NCBI GenBank assembly: GCA_951406725.2
Contig: OX597819.1
Span: 125,550,001-125,614,000, forward strand
DNA: 64,000 bases
From: Octopus vulgaris
Taxonomy: Eukaryota
Direction: 5' to 3'
Below are positions 14,340 to 27,012 of the stretch, one piece after another (the stretch's first letter is position 1; every line of letters starts with the position of its first letter). A program made the position numbers and the translations under genes. The notes beneath the pieces were generated by a model. It did no database searches. It had not been told where the DNA came from and saw only the letters and a program-made list of their open reading frames with translations.

Positions 14340-14655
14340 GTTAGGCTCAGGAAGTGCCTGCCGGAGTATGTACGGTGGCTTTGTGGAATGGGATTTAGGG
14401 CATTGCAGCGACGGATCAGACTCGCTGGCCAGACAGATTGCTCCCTGTGACCACTGGCCAGAATTAAGGGCATTGCTGTTGGTCGTCAGTGAACAACCGA
14501 AAACCGTTAGCAGCACACTTGGTATGCAAAACAGTGTAAACACCAGTGAATTACTACGCTCTCGGGTGGAGTGCATCGTACCTCGTAGACTAGCAGAACT
14601 GCGGGCATCCATTGCAGAGAAAGATTTTGAGAAGTTTGCTCAGATTTGCATGAAG
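14340..14655 (+). CDS. MVD: MVD coding exon
   Basis: ctccag acceptor, gtaaat donor. Encodes LGSGSACRSMYGGFVEW...KTVSSTLGMQNSVNTSELL...FAQICMK. Confidence 0.97.
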
Positions 14656-16095
14656 GTAAATTTCAATGCTTCTTTTTGCTGTCACATGAAATTGTATAAA
14701 ATGTTTATCATTGAGAGTGTAATAAATAGAATATTTCTTGTAATAAGTACCACTGCTATTGCAGTAATAAGTAATTCAGGCCATAGCCTAAAGAAAACAG
14801 AACACCAAATGCACGCTGGCTTAAAAAAAACATTTATTGTTGCAAAACAATTTACAACAAGTTTTCATCATCATCATCGTTTAATGTCCGCTTTCCATGC
14901 TAGCATGGGTTGGACGATTTTGACTGAGGGTTGGCGAACCAGATGGCTGCACCAGGCTCCAGTCTTGATTTGGCAGAGTTTCTACAACTGGATGCCCTTC
15001 CTAACACCAACCACTCCGAGAGGGTAGTGGGTGCTTTTTACATGCCACCGGCACGGAAGCCAGTGAGGTGGTACTGGCAATGACCTCGCTCGAATCTTTT
15101 TACAGGTGCCAGTAAGGCAACGTTGGTAACGATCACGCTCGAATGGTGCCCTTTTTTGTGCCACTGGCACGGAAGCCAGTCGGCTGCTCTGGCAACGATT
15201 ACGCTCAGAAAAGAACCAGTCAGAACTAACCATCATGCATACACACGCGATAGACTGAACGACACTTAACACCTAGTTGTAAGTTCAAGTTGTAACATCT
15301 CTTTCTCTCCTGTCTGACTTTTTTGTGATGACGAGAAAAAAAGGTTGAATCTTGTTTGCAGATTGTGACTAAACAATAACTCAGCTGGAGACTTGCCTGC
15401 AGATTCTGTTGGGGTTGTGCATCATCATCATCATCATCATCATCGTTTAATGTCTGCTTTCCATGCTAGCATGGGTTGGACGATTTTGACCGGGGTCTGG
15501 CGAACCAGATGGCTGCACCAGGTTCCAATCTTGATCTGGAAGAGTTTCTACAGCTGGATGCCCTTCCTAACACCAACCACTCCGAGAGGGTAGTGAGTGC
15601 TTTTTACGTGCCACTGGCATGGGAACCAGTCAGGCAGCACTGGCAATGACCTCGCTCGAATCTTTTTACACATGCCAACGGCACAGGTGCCAGTAAGGCG
15701 AAGCAGGTTTTATAGATAGGAAAAGAACCAGTCAGAATTAACCATCACACACGCACACACGCGATAGACTGAATGACACATAACATGTAGTTGTAAGTTC
15801 AAGTTGTATCACCTTGATATGTAACTATGTACAAACTGTCTGATTCTGCCATCCATTCAAAGGTACCAGCCATTTAATGGGGTCATTTAATGGTTTCTGT
15901 CTGCCCAGTTTCATTCACAAGGTATGGGTTGAACCAAGGCTATAAAAAATGGCATTTAGCCATTATGCCATTTTCATCTTTTGACTGGTCTTCTTGCAGT
16001 TACCATCCTTACTTTTTCTTCCTGGTATAATAATAATAATAATAATTGTGTACAGTGCTCAGGTGCACTACAACTCATCTAAAGTGTATATATAA

Positions 16096-18861
16096 TCAGG
16101 TGTAGTTTCGGCGGATTTCGGAAAGCATGAGGGCCTTAAAAGATGCAGTGTCATGGCAGTCAACAACTGACGCAGGCAGTTTATTCCATGCTTCAGCAAT
16201 TCTGAGCGTGAAAAAATGTTTCCGAAAGTCATGGGAGCTGTATTGTTTTCTGACTTTGTAGGCATGTCCACGTGTGTTAGACACATGGAGATCAAAAAGG
16301 TGTTCAGTGTTGTTGTTGGTGAGGTGGTTGATAACTTTGTGGGTGTTTACCAAGTCCGTCGCCAAACGCCGGAGCTTCAGTGAATCCATGCCCAGGGAAA
16401 CAAGGCGCTCAGAATATGGTAGGTGTCTGATGGAGGGTATGCGTTTGGTTGCACGTCTCTGGACAGATTCCAGGAGGTCAATGTTCTGTGCAAGATAGGG
16501 GTTCCAAACTGATGATGCGAATTCCAAGTGTGGTCGTACCATAGCTGTATACAGTTTTAAATAGATGGCTGGAGAGCGGCTAACAAAAGACCTGCTGAGT
16601 GATGCCAAGACACCCTCGGCCTTCCTGACAATCTTAGAGATATGCTTTGACCAACGCAAATCACTGCTGACAGTGATGCCTAGGTCACGCTCACAAGAGG
16701 ATTTCTTGATATCAGTGTTGTGGAGGGAGTATGTGAACGCAGGGTTTTTTCTCCCAAAATGCATGGTGGTACACTTGTCCACAGCCAGTTTCAGTTGCCA
16801 GTCTGTGATCCATTGCTGCATTGTGTCTAGGTCTGATTGCAGGAAAGAGTTGTAGACATCAGGATCTGTCCTCTTGATTTCAAGGTACAGCTTGATGTCG
16901 TCTGCATATTTCAATACTGTGGCATTCTTTAAATTGGCATCTATGTCGTTAATGTATGCCACAAACAAGAGGGGACCAAGGACAGATCCCTGTGGTACAC
17001 CCGATGACATCTCATATGGTGTAGAGTGCTGTCCTAGAACTGTGACTACCTCCTTTCGGCTGAGGATGAAGGATTTCAACCAGTTAAAAAGGTCATCCCC
17101 CACACCCATTGCAGAGAGTTTCACCATAAGCCTTTTGTGTGGCACAGAGTTGAAAGCCTTAGCAAAGTCAAGGTAGACAACATCCACCCATGAGCCACTG
17201 TCAGTAATCTGAGTAATGTCCTCAAGGAACTCGACAAGCTGGTCACTGCAGCTGGAGTTAGGGACAAATCCATATTGTGAGGGTCGGATGAGACTGTGAG
17301 AGCTCCAGAAGTTCCAGAGTGTTTCTCTGACACACGATTCCATCAGTTTTGCAATACAGCTAGTGAGACTGACTGGGCGATAGTTGACAGGTGATGTGCG
17401 GTCGCCCTTTTTGAACAGAGGAATGACACTGGCAGTTTTCCACTGCTCCGGAGTAGCACCATTGTTGAGACAGTACTGGAAGAAAATAGAAAGCTGGTGT
17501 AAAAGGAAGTGCCTGCCACGTTTGAGAAGCAGGTATGTAACTCCATCGAGACCAGGGGAGGCATAGTTGTGCTTATTTTGAAGGTGACGTCGCAGCATTG
17601 CAGGTGTAAATTCCATAGTTGTTATGGAGTTTGCTGTTAGTGATGGTGAAGATGGTACATTTTGACTTTCAACAGTGAATATGTTTGCATAGCACTCGGC
17701 AATGAGTTCTGCGCATTCCTTGGGGTCGTCAGTGATCTGGTTTGTGTGAGGGTTGCGAAGAGGGCCCACTGGAGAGTGAGGTCTCTGCTTTGAGTGCACA
17801 TATTTCCAGAAAACCTTGCTGTCAGGATTGGCTGCTATGCACTGTTCAAATTCAAGCACTGCTTTTTTTGTCACTTGCTTGAGATGGTTGGAGGATTTAT
17901 TCCGCTTCTTCCTGTTGGTGTCTGATTTATGCAACCTGTATTCCCGTTCAGCAGTCCGACGTTCCCTCCTGGCAAGTCGGACCGCTGAAGTTTCCCAAAT
18001 TGCCCTTTTGGGGCGGTTCTTCTTTTTTTGTTTACGTGGCACTGATGCTGCACATGCTGCCCATATTGAGTCCAGGATACCCTGGAGTATAGTATTCACA
18101 TCTCCAGAGTTGTAGAATTCACGCCAGTTTGGGTGCTGTAGTTCAGTGTGGTACAGGTTCCAATCTGCTCTCTTCCAATCGAAGGAAGCAGATTGGAGAT
18201 GGTTCAGGTTTTTGTTGCCCGCAAGAGCCAGATTGGCGATGATCATAGCATGATCAGAGTCACCTAGAGGTTCCTCCGTAGTGCAATTGATAACTGCTTC
18301 AGGAGTTGTGGTGAAGAGCAGGTCCAAGGTGTTGTCGCCTCTTGTTGGAGAGGTGACTACTTGTGACCAGTTTGAGTCCAGCACAAGCTCAACAAAATCG
18401 TTTGCACTCTGTGGCCAATGGAAGGTCTCCCAATCGATCTCAGGATGATTGAAATCGCCTGCAATAAACACATAAGTGGCTGTTTTCCTGGCAGCAGCTC
18501 GGAGGACATTGCAAAGCTGTGTGTCCCGATGGTAACTTGGGGGACGATAAACAACGCCAAGCAGGAGTGTTGACATGGTCATACGCACGTCACAGAAAAA
18601 AACTTCTTCTTGTGATTCGTTCAAATCGGCACAAGGAATTACCAAAAAATTTGAACGAACGTAGACCATCACACCACCACCACGGCGGTTAGTGCGGTCC
18701 TTACGGAAGAGGTTGTACCCCGTAATGTTGAAAACCCCATCACAGAGTAAGGAATGCGCCCATGTTTCCGTGACAGTGATGAAGTCAGGGTCAACACTTC
18801 TGACGTAGGCGTTGAACAAATGTATTTTGTTGCATAAACTGCGAGCATTTAAGGACAACAA
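16096..18861 (-). CDS. CR1 ORF2: AP endonuclease plus reverse transcriptase, uninterrupted
   Basis: LNARSL, VTETW, GDFNHP, LDLLFT, SDH (APE); YRPVSL, DFAKAF, GVPQGSVLGP, YADDIK (RT). There is no ATG at the start, and the frame stays open up to about 18945. Confidence 0.95.
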   Translation of the reverse strand: MLSLNARSLCNKIHLFNAYVRSVDPDFITVTETWAHSLLCDGVFNITGYNLFRKDRTNRRGGGVMVYVRSNFLVIPCADLNESQEEVFFCDVRMTMSTLLLGVVYRPPSYHRDTQLCNVLRAAARKTATYVFIAGDFNHPEIDWETFHWPQSANDFVELVLDSNWSQVVTSPTRGDNTLDLLFTTTPEAVINCTTEEPLGDSDHAMIIANLALAGNKNLNHLQSASFDWKRADWNLYHTELQHPNWREFYNSGDVNTILQGILDSIWAACAASVPRKQKKKNRPKRAIWETSAVRLARRERRTAEREYRLHKSDTNRKKRNKSSNHLKQVTKKAVLEFEQCIAANPDSKVFWKYVHSKQRPHSPVGPLRNPHTNQITDDPKECAELIAECYANIFTVESQNVPSSPSLTANSITTMEFTPAMLRRHLQNKHNYASPGLDGVTYLLLKRGRHFLLHQLSIFFQYCLNNGATPEQWKTASVIPLFKKGDRTSPVNYRPVSLTSCIAKLMESCVRETLWNFWSSHSLIRPSQYGFVPNSSCSDQLVEFLEDITQITDSGSWVDVVYLDFAKAFNSVPHKRLMVKLSAMGVGDDLFNWLKSFILSRKEVVTVLGQHSTPYEMSSGVPQGSVLGPLLFVAYINDIDANLKNATVLKYADDIKLYLEIKRTDPDVYNSFLQSDLDTMQQWITDWQLKLAVDKCTTMHFGRKNPAFTYSLHNTDIKKSSCERDLGITVSSDLRWSKHISKIVRKAEGVLASLSRSFVSRSPAIYLKLYTAMVRPHLEFASSVWNPYLAQNIDLLESVQRRATKRIPSIRHLPYSERLVSLGMDSLKLRRLATDLVNTHKVINHLTNNNTEHLFDLHVSNTRGHAYKVRKQYSSHDFRKHFFTLRIAEAWNKLPASVVDCHDTASFKALMLSEIRRNYT

Positions 18862-18917
18862 TTTGTACCCTGCTCGCAGTTTATGATGGTGTGTAGAGGA
18901 TGGCAGGTTGTTCTGGC

Positions 18918-20116
18918 TTAGTTTCCCTGAGTTGCTGTAGTCTTTTTAGTTATTGTGGGTAGAGAGCACTCAGACCAGCTGGTATCTCTCTTCCACGTTT
19001 CAGCAGTCTTGACAAATCTCCAGATTTGTCCATCTTCCGAAGACTGAAGCTTTCCTGTAGAGCTGAGTTCCTATTCAGGGAAGCCACTACACGTAGCTTC
19101 GGACGTACATCGGACGGTAAGCCTGGGCGTGTTCGGAAGGTGGTCCGATTTTCCCGCCCAGCTTTAACTGAGGCCAGATGGTAAGAGGTTGCCTCAGTGG
19201 GGTCCGTAAAAGACAACTTGATGAGCCTAGGTTTTGGGCCAGGTCGTCCAAGGCGGATAGCACCCGTTGGGGGAACGCAGCCTAGGTCTTTGGCTGAGTT
19301 GGCAGCAAAAGCCTGAAGATCAGCCATGTCTTCTGGCACCCCAATGGCAATGACTTCATGGGTGGCAGAATCCGCGGTCTTAAATGCGACAAGAGGTACA
19401 GGTACAGGGAGGTTCTTTAGCAGAGCATTCCGATAAGACCCCTCATTGTGGAGTCCAACCTGAATGGTTGCTTTTATTCCTGCTACTTCCCCTTTTAAAG
19501 CACAGATCGATTGTTGCAGTTCTGCAAGAACCGCACTGGTCAATTGGTGTTGTTGTTGTTGCTGCTGTTGCTCTGGTTGTGGTTGATTTTGTTGTTGCTG
19601 TTGTTGTTGTTGATGTTGTTGTTGCTGCTGCTCTGGTTGTGGTTGATTTTGTTGTTGCTGCTGCTCTGGTTGTGGTTGATTTTGTTGTTGCTGCTGCTGC
19701 TGCTCTAGTTGTTGCTGCTGCTCTGGTTGTGGTTGATTTTGTTGTTGCTGCTGTTGCTGTTCCGCCTCCTCCACGGGAGTGGCAGGGGGAGACACAATCG
19801 TCGGTTGTGGAGGCACGCAGGCCTGACACTGAAAAGTCCAAGATTTAAGCTGAACCATCTTCCAGAGTCTATCCATCATAGCATTATGATGGCTCTTTTT
19901 TTGGCCTGGGATCTTCTGAAAGTCCGTGGCACAATGGAGGCAGACAGAGATGAGACATGTCCCACATTCGACCCAGCGATTACGGAACGTATTTTCGGGT
20001 TCCGTACAGATGTGGCAGGTGTGATTTTCTGGGCAGTGTTCTATTTTAGAGCAGCGACCAGTCTTATCGCACGCCGCTATGGATTTCACCATGGCGATTC
20101 TGTTGGTTCTGGTCAT
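18918..20116 (-). CDS. CR1 ORF1: PHD-like Cys/His finger, Q-rich repeat, coiled coil; probable 1-nt frameshift near 19035
   Basis: CHIC...WVECGTC...HC...FQCQAC; repeated QQQQQNQPQPE units; IRLGRPGPKPRLIKL motif typical of CR1/L2 ORF1. Confidence 0.8.
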
Positions 20117-21526
20117 CCGTAGAGACAGAAAATGTAAACAACAATACGATAAAAGTAAAATATAAAATATTTGTTTTGATTCGTTCTTTTTTGTGTATAT
20201 TCCTTGTTCTTAAATATTGTGTGTGTATATACACATGTTTCGTTCTTTTTTGTGTATATTCCTTTTTTTCTTAAATATTGCGTGTGTATACATAAAAGTA
20301 TTTGTGCGTATAGACATATAATGTATCCAGCTCCCATGGCACCTGTGCCGGTGGCACATAAAAAGCACCATCCGTATGTGGCCGATGCCAGCGTCGCCTT
20401 GACTGGCTTCCGTGCCGGTGGCATGTAAAAAGCACCAACCGTTTGTGGCCATTGCCAGCCTACCCTGGCACCTGTGCCAGCGGCACGTAAAAAGCACCAT
20501 CTGTACGTGGCTGATGCCAGGGCCGCCTTGACTGGCTTCCATGCCGGTAGCACGTAAAAAGCACCAACCGATTGTGGCCGTTGCCAGCCTCCCCTGGCAC
20601 ATAAAAAGCACCCACTACACTCACGGAGTAGTTGGCATTAGGAAGGGCATCCAGCTGTAGAAACACTGCCAGATCAGACTGGAGCCTGGTGCCGCCTCCT
20701 GGCTTCCCAGACTCCGGTCAAACCGTCCAACCTATGCTAGCATGGAAAATGGACGTTAAATGATGATGATGATGATGTCTATTCATCAATTTTTGACAGT
20801 GAAATTAGATGGAATGTAGTTTTGAATGATTCATTCCTTCTACTGTATTACCACCAAATAATTTATGTTTCGCAGAAAAGCTTTCAGTTCAATTGTTAAT
20901 TATTTCAGTATGGTCTCTAATTCTCTTAAGGAACCAAGTACCAGTCAAGTATCAGGGTTGATATAATCGACAATTCCCTTCTTTCAAACTTGAAGCCTTG
21001 TGTCTATTTAAAAAATTATTCATCATCATCATCATCATCATCGTTTAACGTCCGTTCTCCATACTGGCATGGGTTGGACGGTCCGACCGGGGATCTGGGA
21101 AGCCAGAAGGCTGCACCAGGCTCCAGTCTGATTTGGCAGTGTTTCTACAGCTGGATGCCCTTCCTAACGCCAACCACTCCATGAGTGTAGTGGGTGCTTT
21201 TTACGTGCCACCTGCACAGGTGCCAGGCAAGGCTGGCAACGGTCACGATCGGATTGGTGCATTTTACGTGCCACCGGCACGGAAGCCAGTCAAGGCGACA
21301 CTAGAGACTCTTATCATTATCATAATTAACAGCTGGTGCTAGACTTGATTTGGATGATGATGATGATACTCCTGAAAGAAAATTTGTTTTGTATAAATTT
21401 AAGAAAAAGAAAAAAGTAAAAACCCACCATCATCGTTATTACTTTCGTTTTTATTGCTGTTGTTGTAATTAAAAACTTTTGTTTAGTAATTTTTCTTCTT
21501 TGTTTTATTTTTTTTGTTTTTCCCAG

Positions 21527-21649
21527 GAAAGCAACCAGTTTCATGCGATATGTTTAGACACCTACCCACCTATTGGCTATTTAACAGAAGTTTCGGACCA
21601 AATTATAGCACTGGTGCATCGTTTCAACAAGCTTTGTGAACGTTTGAAG
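21527..21649 (+). CDS. MVD: MVD coding exon
   Basis: tcccag acceptor, gtaaga donor. Encodes [19 protein letters not shown]...[12 protein letters not shown]. Confidence 0.96.
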
Positions 21650-21670
21650 GTAAGAAAGGAAAAAAACATT

Positions 21671-21716
<46 letters not shown>

Positions 21717-22362
21717 GTATGTGCATAAGTACAAACATACATACATACATGCATGTGTGCATGCACACACACACACACACGTTCTTTCATTCATCATTTA
21801 ACCTCTATTCTCAGTAAAAAATAGGTCATTAAAACAATTTGTTGGGACTGATGAAGAAATAAGGATTTAAGGAAAACCTTGGACGAGGGGGTGAAGCACG
21901 ACCTTCGAACTTTAAGTTAAAATAATAGATAGAGAACACCACTGGAAAATATGAAAACTAAAAGAAGCAGCAGATATGCTAGGACACAACAACCTCCTAA
22001 GCAGACCGACCGCAGATATGAATAGCATATGGGAGCCGGTATTAAGGAAGGATAGGAAACTATTAGATTTATAAGCCCTAAAATTCACTCCATAATTGCT
22101 CATGGCTTACTTAACCCCAAGATTCTGAGTTGGATTCCAGGCACAAAGATGAAACATGCCGCCCCTTCAAAATAAGTGATCATGTATGGAAAAATGGAGA
22201 CCACCTTCCCCTGTGGGATTAAGTTAAACCTAGCCCAAATACTTCCAACAGTATAGATCCCACTGAAGGTACCCAAAACTAGGTGGGGACACACAAAAGT
22301 GGTAGCTGATTAAGCTAGACAGCCATATAACCTTTCTGTAAATAGACACGCACTCTCTCTCT

Positions 22363-22402
<40 letters not shown>

Positions 22403-22443
22403 GTAGTAGTTGTTGTTAATAGTGTTAACCCATTTCGTTTTAG

Positions 22444-22605
22444 GTTGCCTACACATTCGATGCTGGACCAAATGCTTGTCTTTTCCTGATGGAAGAAGAT
22501 GTTCCCCGATTTCTTTCTCTGATTCGACACTTTTTCCGTCCAGTGAACAACGGCCCTGAGAATTTCATTCACGGGTTACCTGTTGATGTTCCAAGAGTTA
22601 CAACA
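22444..22605 (+). CDS. MVD: MVD coding exon with the catalytic YTFDAGPN motif
   Basis: tttag acceptor, gtatgt donor. Encodes VAYTFDAGPNACLFLMEED...PRVTT. Confidence 0.95.
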
Positions 22606-22614
22606 GTATGTGTT

Positions 22615-22659
<45 letters not shown>

Positions 22660-23084
22660 TTATTTATGATTTAGTGTGTTTTGTGTATGTGTGTATATAT
22701 ATATATATTTGTGTTTGTGTACCCTTGTTCCGACTTCCTTTGATGATTGTAAAATGAACATCACCATCATAAAAGCATCGTTTGCTTCGGTTTCCTGTGA
22801 AAAATATGTCTAGCCAATGAGAAATATGCTTTGCTTGAAAATCAGTGACAGGAACGTCATCTGACCAGAGAAAGTTTGCCTAAAACGCCATCTAATCTCG
22901 GGAAAAAAGAAACAGTAAAAGTTATCTCCCTTACCTGTATTATCTCCCTTTCTTCATTGATACACAAAGCATCCAAACGTTCTGTTCCCAAGTCTTACAT
23001 GAACATTAATGTCCTTTTTAATCAGTATTTTTTTTTATTAGTGTATCTCATAGTTCATTATTTCATCCATGTTTGTCCTAACAG

Positions 23085-23506
23085 GGATCTTTTCAGTTTG
23101 AACAGCAGTTTTTAAAAATAATTTCCACGTAACTAAACACTTTTAAACTTCGTATACTGATAGAATGTGTTTATAAAACATCTTTTTTCTCTTGGCTTTA
23201 TTGGGAAAATTCTATAGTTTGTAAGATATTTGTTGTTTTTTTTCCTTCAATTTCTGCAACTTCAACCAATCAATGACGTCTATTGAGGTAAAAAAAACAT
23301 TCTGTACCGTATGATAATGTCCCTCGTTTAAGAAACAGATTGGGTTTATTTACATTTGTGAAGAAAAAAGATACCCTTCCCCCTACCCCTAACCCTAAAC
23401 CTAAAACAGATTGAAATGCAATAGATCGATACTAGGGTCATAATTATGGGTGACAATTTCATATGACACCGCTAGAAAAAAAATGCCGGTCAAACCAAAA
23501 AGATCC
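23085..23506. mobile_element. MITE with GGATCTTTT TIRs and an 8-bp TSD (Merlin-like), copy 1
   Basis: TSD cctaacag at 23077-23084 and 23507-23514. Confidence 0.85.
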
Positions 23507-23703
23507 CCTAACAGAACAGACCTATGATCAACAATCTAATTTCTTGTCTATCTACGAGTAAATTGTCCTGTTTTTATTTCCTTAAGACAGCATCTGATTT
23601 GAAGAAATTTGTTTAGCGTTTTTAAGATTGGAGGATATAATTCAACTTCTGGGTTCAAGCGAAGCTTACAACCGTATAGAGTTCCCTTCATTGTTATACA
23701 TAT

Positions 23704-23735
<32 letters not shown>

Positions 23736-24739
23736 TTAGCGTCCGCTTTCCATGCTGGCATGGGTTGGACGGTTCAACTGGGGTCTGGGAAGCCAAAAGG
23801 CTGCACCAGGCCCAGTCTGATCTGGCAGTGTTTCTACGGCTGGATGCCCTTCCTAATGCCAACCACTCTGTGAGTGTAGTGGGTGCTTTTTACGTGTCAC
23901 CCACACAGGTGCCAGACGGAGCTGACAAACGGCCACGGACGGATGGTGCTTTTTACGTGCCACCAGCATGGGGAGCCAGGCGAGGCTGGCAACGGCCATG
24001 ACCAGATGGTGCTTTTTATGTGCCACCGGCATGGGGGACAGGCGAGGCTGGCAAACGGCCACGGATGGATGGTGCTTTTTACATGCCGCCGGCACGGGGG
24101 CCAGTCGGGGCAGTGCTGGCAACGGCCACGATCGGATGGTTCGCTTACTTGTCACTGGCACTGGTATCACAGCTTAAATTGTATATTTGAATTATCTTTC
24201 CCAATAAACAAGCATGCGGTTATTTACTCTTTTATTCTATAACTATTTGGTCAGGAATGTCAATGTGTTTCGACACATTCTGTATCTTTATTATCCACAA
24301 GGGGCTAAACATAGCGGGGACAAACAAGGACAGACAAAATGGATTAAGTCGATTACATTGATCCCAGTGCGTAGCTGGTACTTATTTAATCGACCCCGAA
24401 AGGATGAAAGGCAAAGTCGACCTCGGCGGAATTTGAACTCAGAACGTAGCGACAGATGAAATACTGCTAAGCATTTCGCCCGGTGTGCTAACGATTCTGC
24501 CAGCTCGACACATTCTACAACTTCATTGGACTTGATAGCGAATCAGATGTCATTATCTATTCTCAAGAGAGCCCTGATGAATAAAGCTATCAAGCACATG
24601 TCCATCAAGTCGCCATCAACTGGGGTCAACCGTTTATTTGCCTCTGTTTGGAGGCTTGGATAATTTTCTTTTTTTTTTTTTGTACAAGATTTACAACAGC
24701 TCATGCTTGGAAGACTCTCTTTGTTATCCTGCTGCTGTT

Positions 24740-25136
24740 GTTGTTGTTGTTGTCGAGCGTTGCTGTTGAGCGAAGCGGTCTTCGTCCCAGAGCTCGCAAG
24801 ATGGGAGAAGTCCGAAACGTGGTCCTTTGCTATTCGTAAGACCCGCAGAAGAGAAAGCAGGTCAACCCCCGACACCGAGAGCATCGACGGATGGATGAAT
24901 GCGCATCCAGGCTCAGCGGTTGCGTAGGAAGTCGGGGACAAGAAACAGGAAGAAAGAGTGAGAGAAAGTTGGGGCAAAAGAGTACAACAGGGGTCGCCAC
25001 CATCCCCTGCCGGAGCCTCGTGGAGCTTTAGGTGTTTTCGCTCAATAAACACAAACAACACCCGGGCTAGGAATCGAAACCGCGATCCTCCGACCGCTTG
25101 TCCGCTGCCCTAACCACTGGGCCATTGCGCCTCCAC
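24740..25136 (-). mobile_element. SINE family D, tRNA-headed, with a (CAA)n tail
   Basis: Minus strand reads gtggaggcgcaatggcccagtggttagg...ggtttcgattcct (A/B boxes), then a GC-rich body ending in caacaacaac. Confidence 0.75.
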
Positions 25137-25807
25137 TGCTGCTGCTGTCCAAGGGAAGGCATGAGTGGTGTGGAAGGTGTTGCTGTTAAAATGGAAAGGG
25201 CTGGTTTGCAGGATTACTAGAGTGCAGAGAGTTGGAACAAATAACATCAGACATTCTGCCCAATGTTTAACAACTCTACCCTTATATATATATATATGTG
25301 TGTGTGTGTGAGAGAGAGTACTTTTCTGTTATGTCCTTCTAAAGACTGTAAAGTCTGTCTAAATGCACAGCATAGCTGTGTAGTTAAGATTTCTGCTTTA
25401 CAACTCTCTGGTGTGGGTTTATCTTCCTCCACATAATTTCTTGTGCTGTAACCTCAGCTTGTTCAGTATCGCTTGATTGAAACTCTGTAGTCGAAAACTA
25501 TGTGGAAGCTTATTGAATGACATTTTCTTGAGGGGAAGATTTAAACCAGTGCTTCATTTAACACCATGGTCATCCGGTGCTTTTGATATTGGCTCTCATG
25601 CGATGGTGAATTTGCTGAGCGATCAGAGCATAGGATCTGTTCTGGTTGTCTTTTCTTTCTGTTCAAATCCTACCGTGGTCAGCTTTGCCTTTTGTACTTT
25701 GTGAGTCGGGGGAAAAAAGGAAAAAAAAAAAATTCCGTCGTGGGAGGTAACTCGTGTAAGCAGATTCATCTGAGTTGTCTCCTTTGCTCTTTTTTTTATG
25801 TTTATAT

Positions 25808-26197
25808 GGATCTTTTCTTTTTGAACGGCAGTTTTTTACTAGCGGTTTCTGAAATTGTCACCCATAATTATGACCCTAGAATCGATCTATTGCATTTCAA
25901 TCTGTTTTAGGGTGGGGGAAGGGTATCTTTTTTTCTTCAGAAATGTAAATAAACCCCATCTGTTTCTTGAACGAGGGACATATTCATACGGCACAGAATT
26001 ATTTCACCTCAATAGACGTCATTGATTGGTTGAAATTGCTGAAATTGAAGAAAAAAAAAACAACAAATAGCTTACAAACTATAGAATTTTCTCAATAAAG
26101 CCAAGAAAAAAAAAAAAAATAAACGCATTCTACCAGTATACGAAGTTTAACATTTTTTAGTTACCTAGAAATTATGCCGTTCAAACCGAAAAAATCC
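25808..26197. mobile_element. Same MITE, copy 2 (opposite orientation)
   Basis: Flanks gtttatat / gtttatct; body matches copy 1. Confidence 0.8.
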
Positions 26198-26886
26198 GTT
26201 TATCTTTGTGAAATGATTTCAAATTATTTCTTTAGAGAATATGCTTGCTACTTCTAATTCATTTCTAGCTGATATTATTATTATTATTATTATTATTATT
26301 GTTATTATTAAGGCGAAGATTTGGCTGAATTTTTACCACATTGGGCAAAATTCTTGGCAGTATCAGTTGAGCCCTGGGGTCAATGTGATCGACTTACCCC
26401 CCACCCCCTGAAATTGCTTGCCTTGCATGAAAATTTAAAACCATTATTCATCATCATCATCATCGTTTAACGTCCGCTTTCCATGCTAGCATGGCTTGGA
26501 CGGTTTGACTGAGGGCTGGCGAACCAGTTGGCTGCACCAGGCTCCAATCTTGATCTGGTAGAGTTTCTACAGCTGGATGCCCTTCCTAACGCCAACCACT
26601 CTGAGAGTGTAGTGGGTGCTTTTTACGTGCCACCGGCACGGGGGCCAGTCAGGCGGTACTGGCAACGACCTTGCTCGAATCTTTTTACATGTGCCAGTAA
26701 AGCGGTGCTGGTAACGATCCCACTCAAATGGTGCCCTTTTATGTGCCACCGGCACGGAAGCCAGTTAGCCGCTCTGTCAATGGTCACGCTTGTATGGTGC
26801 TCGTGCCCGTCATCGAATTTCACTTTGATTTTGATTTCGATTTCACTTGCCTTATTATTATATATATATTTTTTTTCCTCTTTTAG

Positions 26887-26952
26887 GAAGACGTATTGAA
26901 CATTTCCATAGGAGTGATGCCGGATTCGATCCATTATGTCATTTATACAAGT
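26887..26952 (+). CDS. MVD: MVD coding exon
   Basis: ttttag acceptor, gtaagt donor. Encodes EDVLNISIGVMPDSIHYVIYTS; phase 0 on both sides. Confidence 0.88.
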
Positions 26953-27012
26953 GTAAGTTATTTTCTTTTATTCTGCTCTTAGAACATCACAGTTGATAGT
27001 TGAATTCTTTAA

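Larger units (their letters stand above)
16028..20330 (-). mobile_element. Near full-length CR1-clade LINE, antisense in an MVD intron
   Basis: Two ORFs, a short 3' UTR and an (ATT)n tail at 16028-16047. The 5' boundary is approximate and no TSD was identified. Confidence 0.92.

Noticed and set aside
25060-25136. Functional tRNA gene
   Set aside because: A/B boxes are present, but it runs into a SINE body and no clean acceptor stem or terminator was found.
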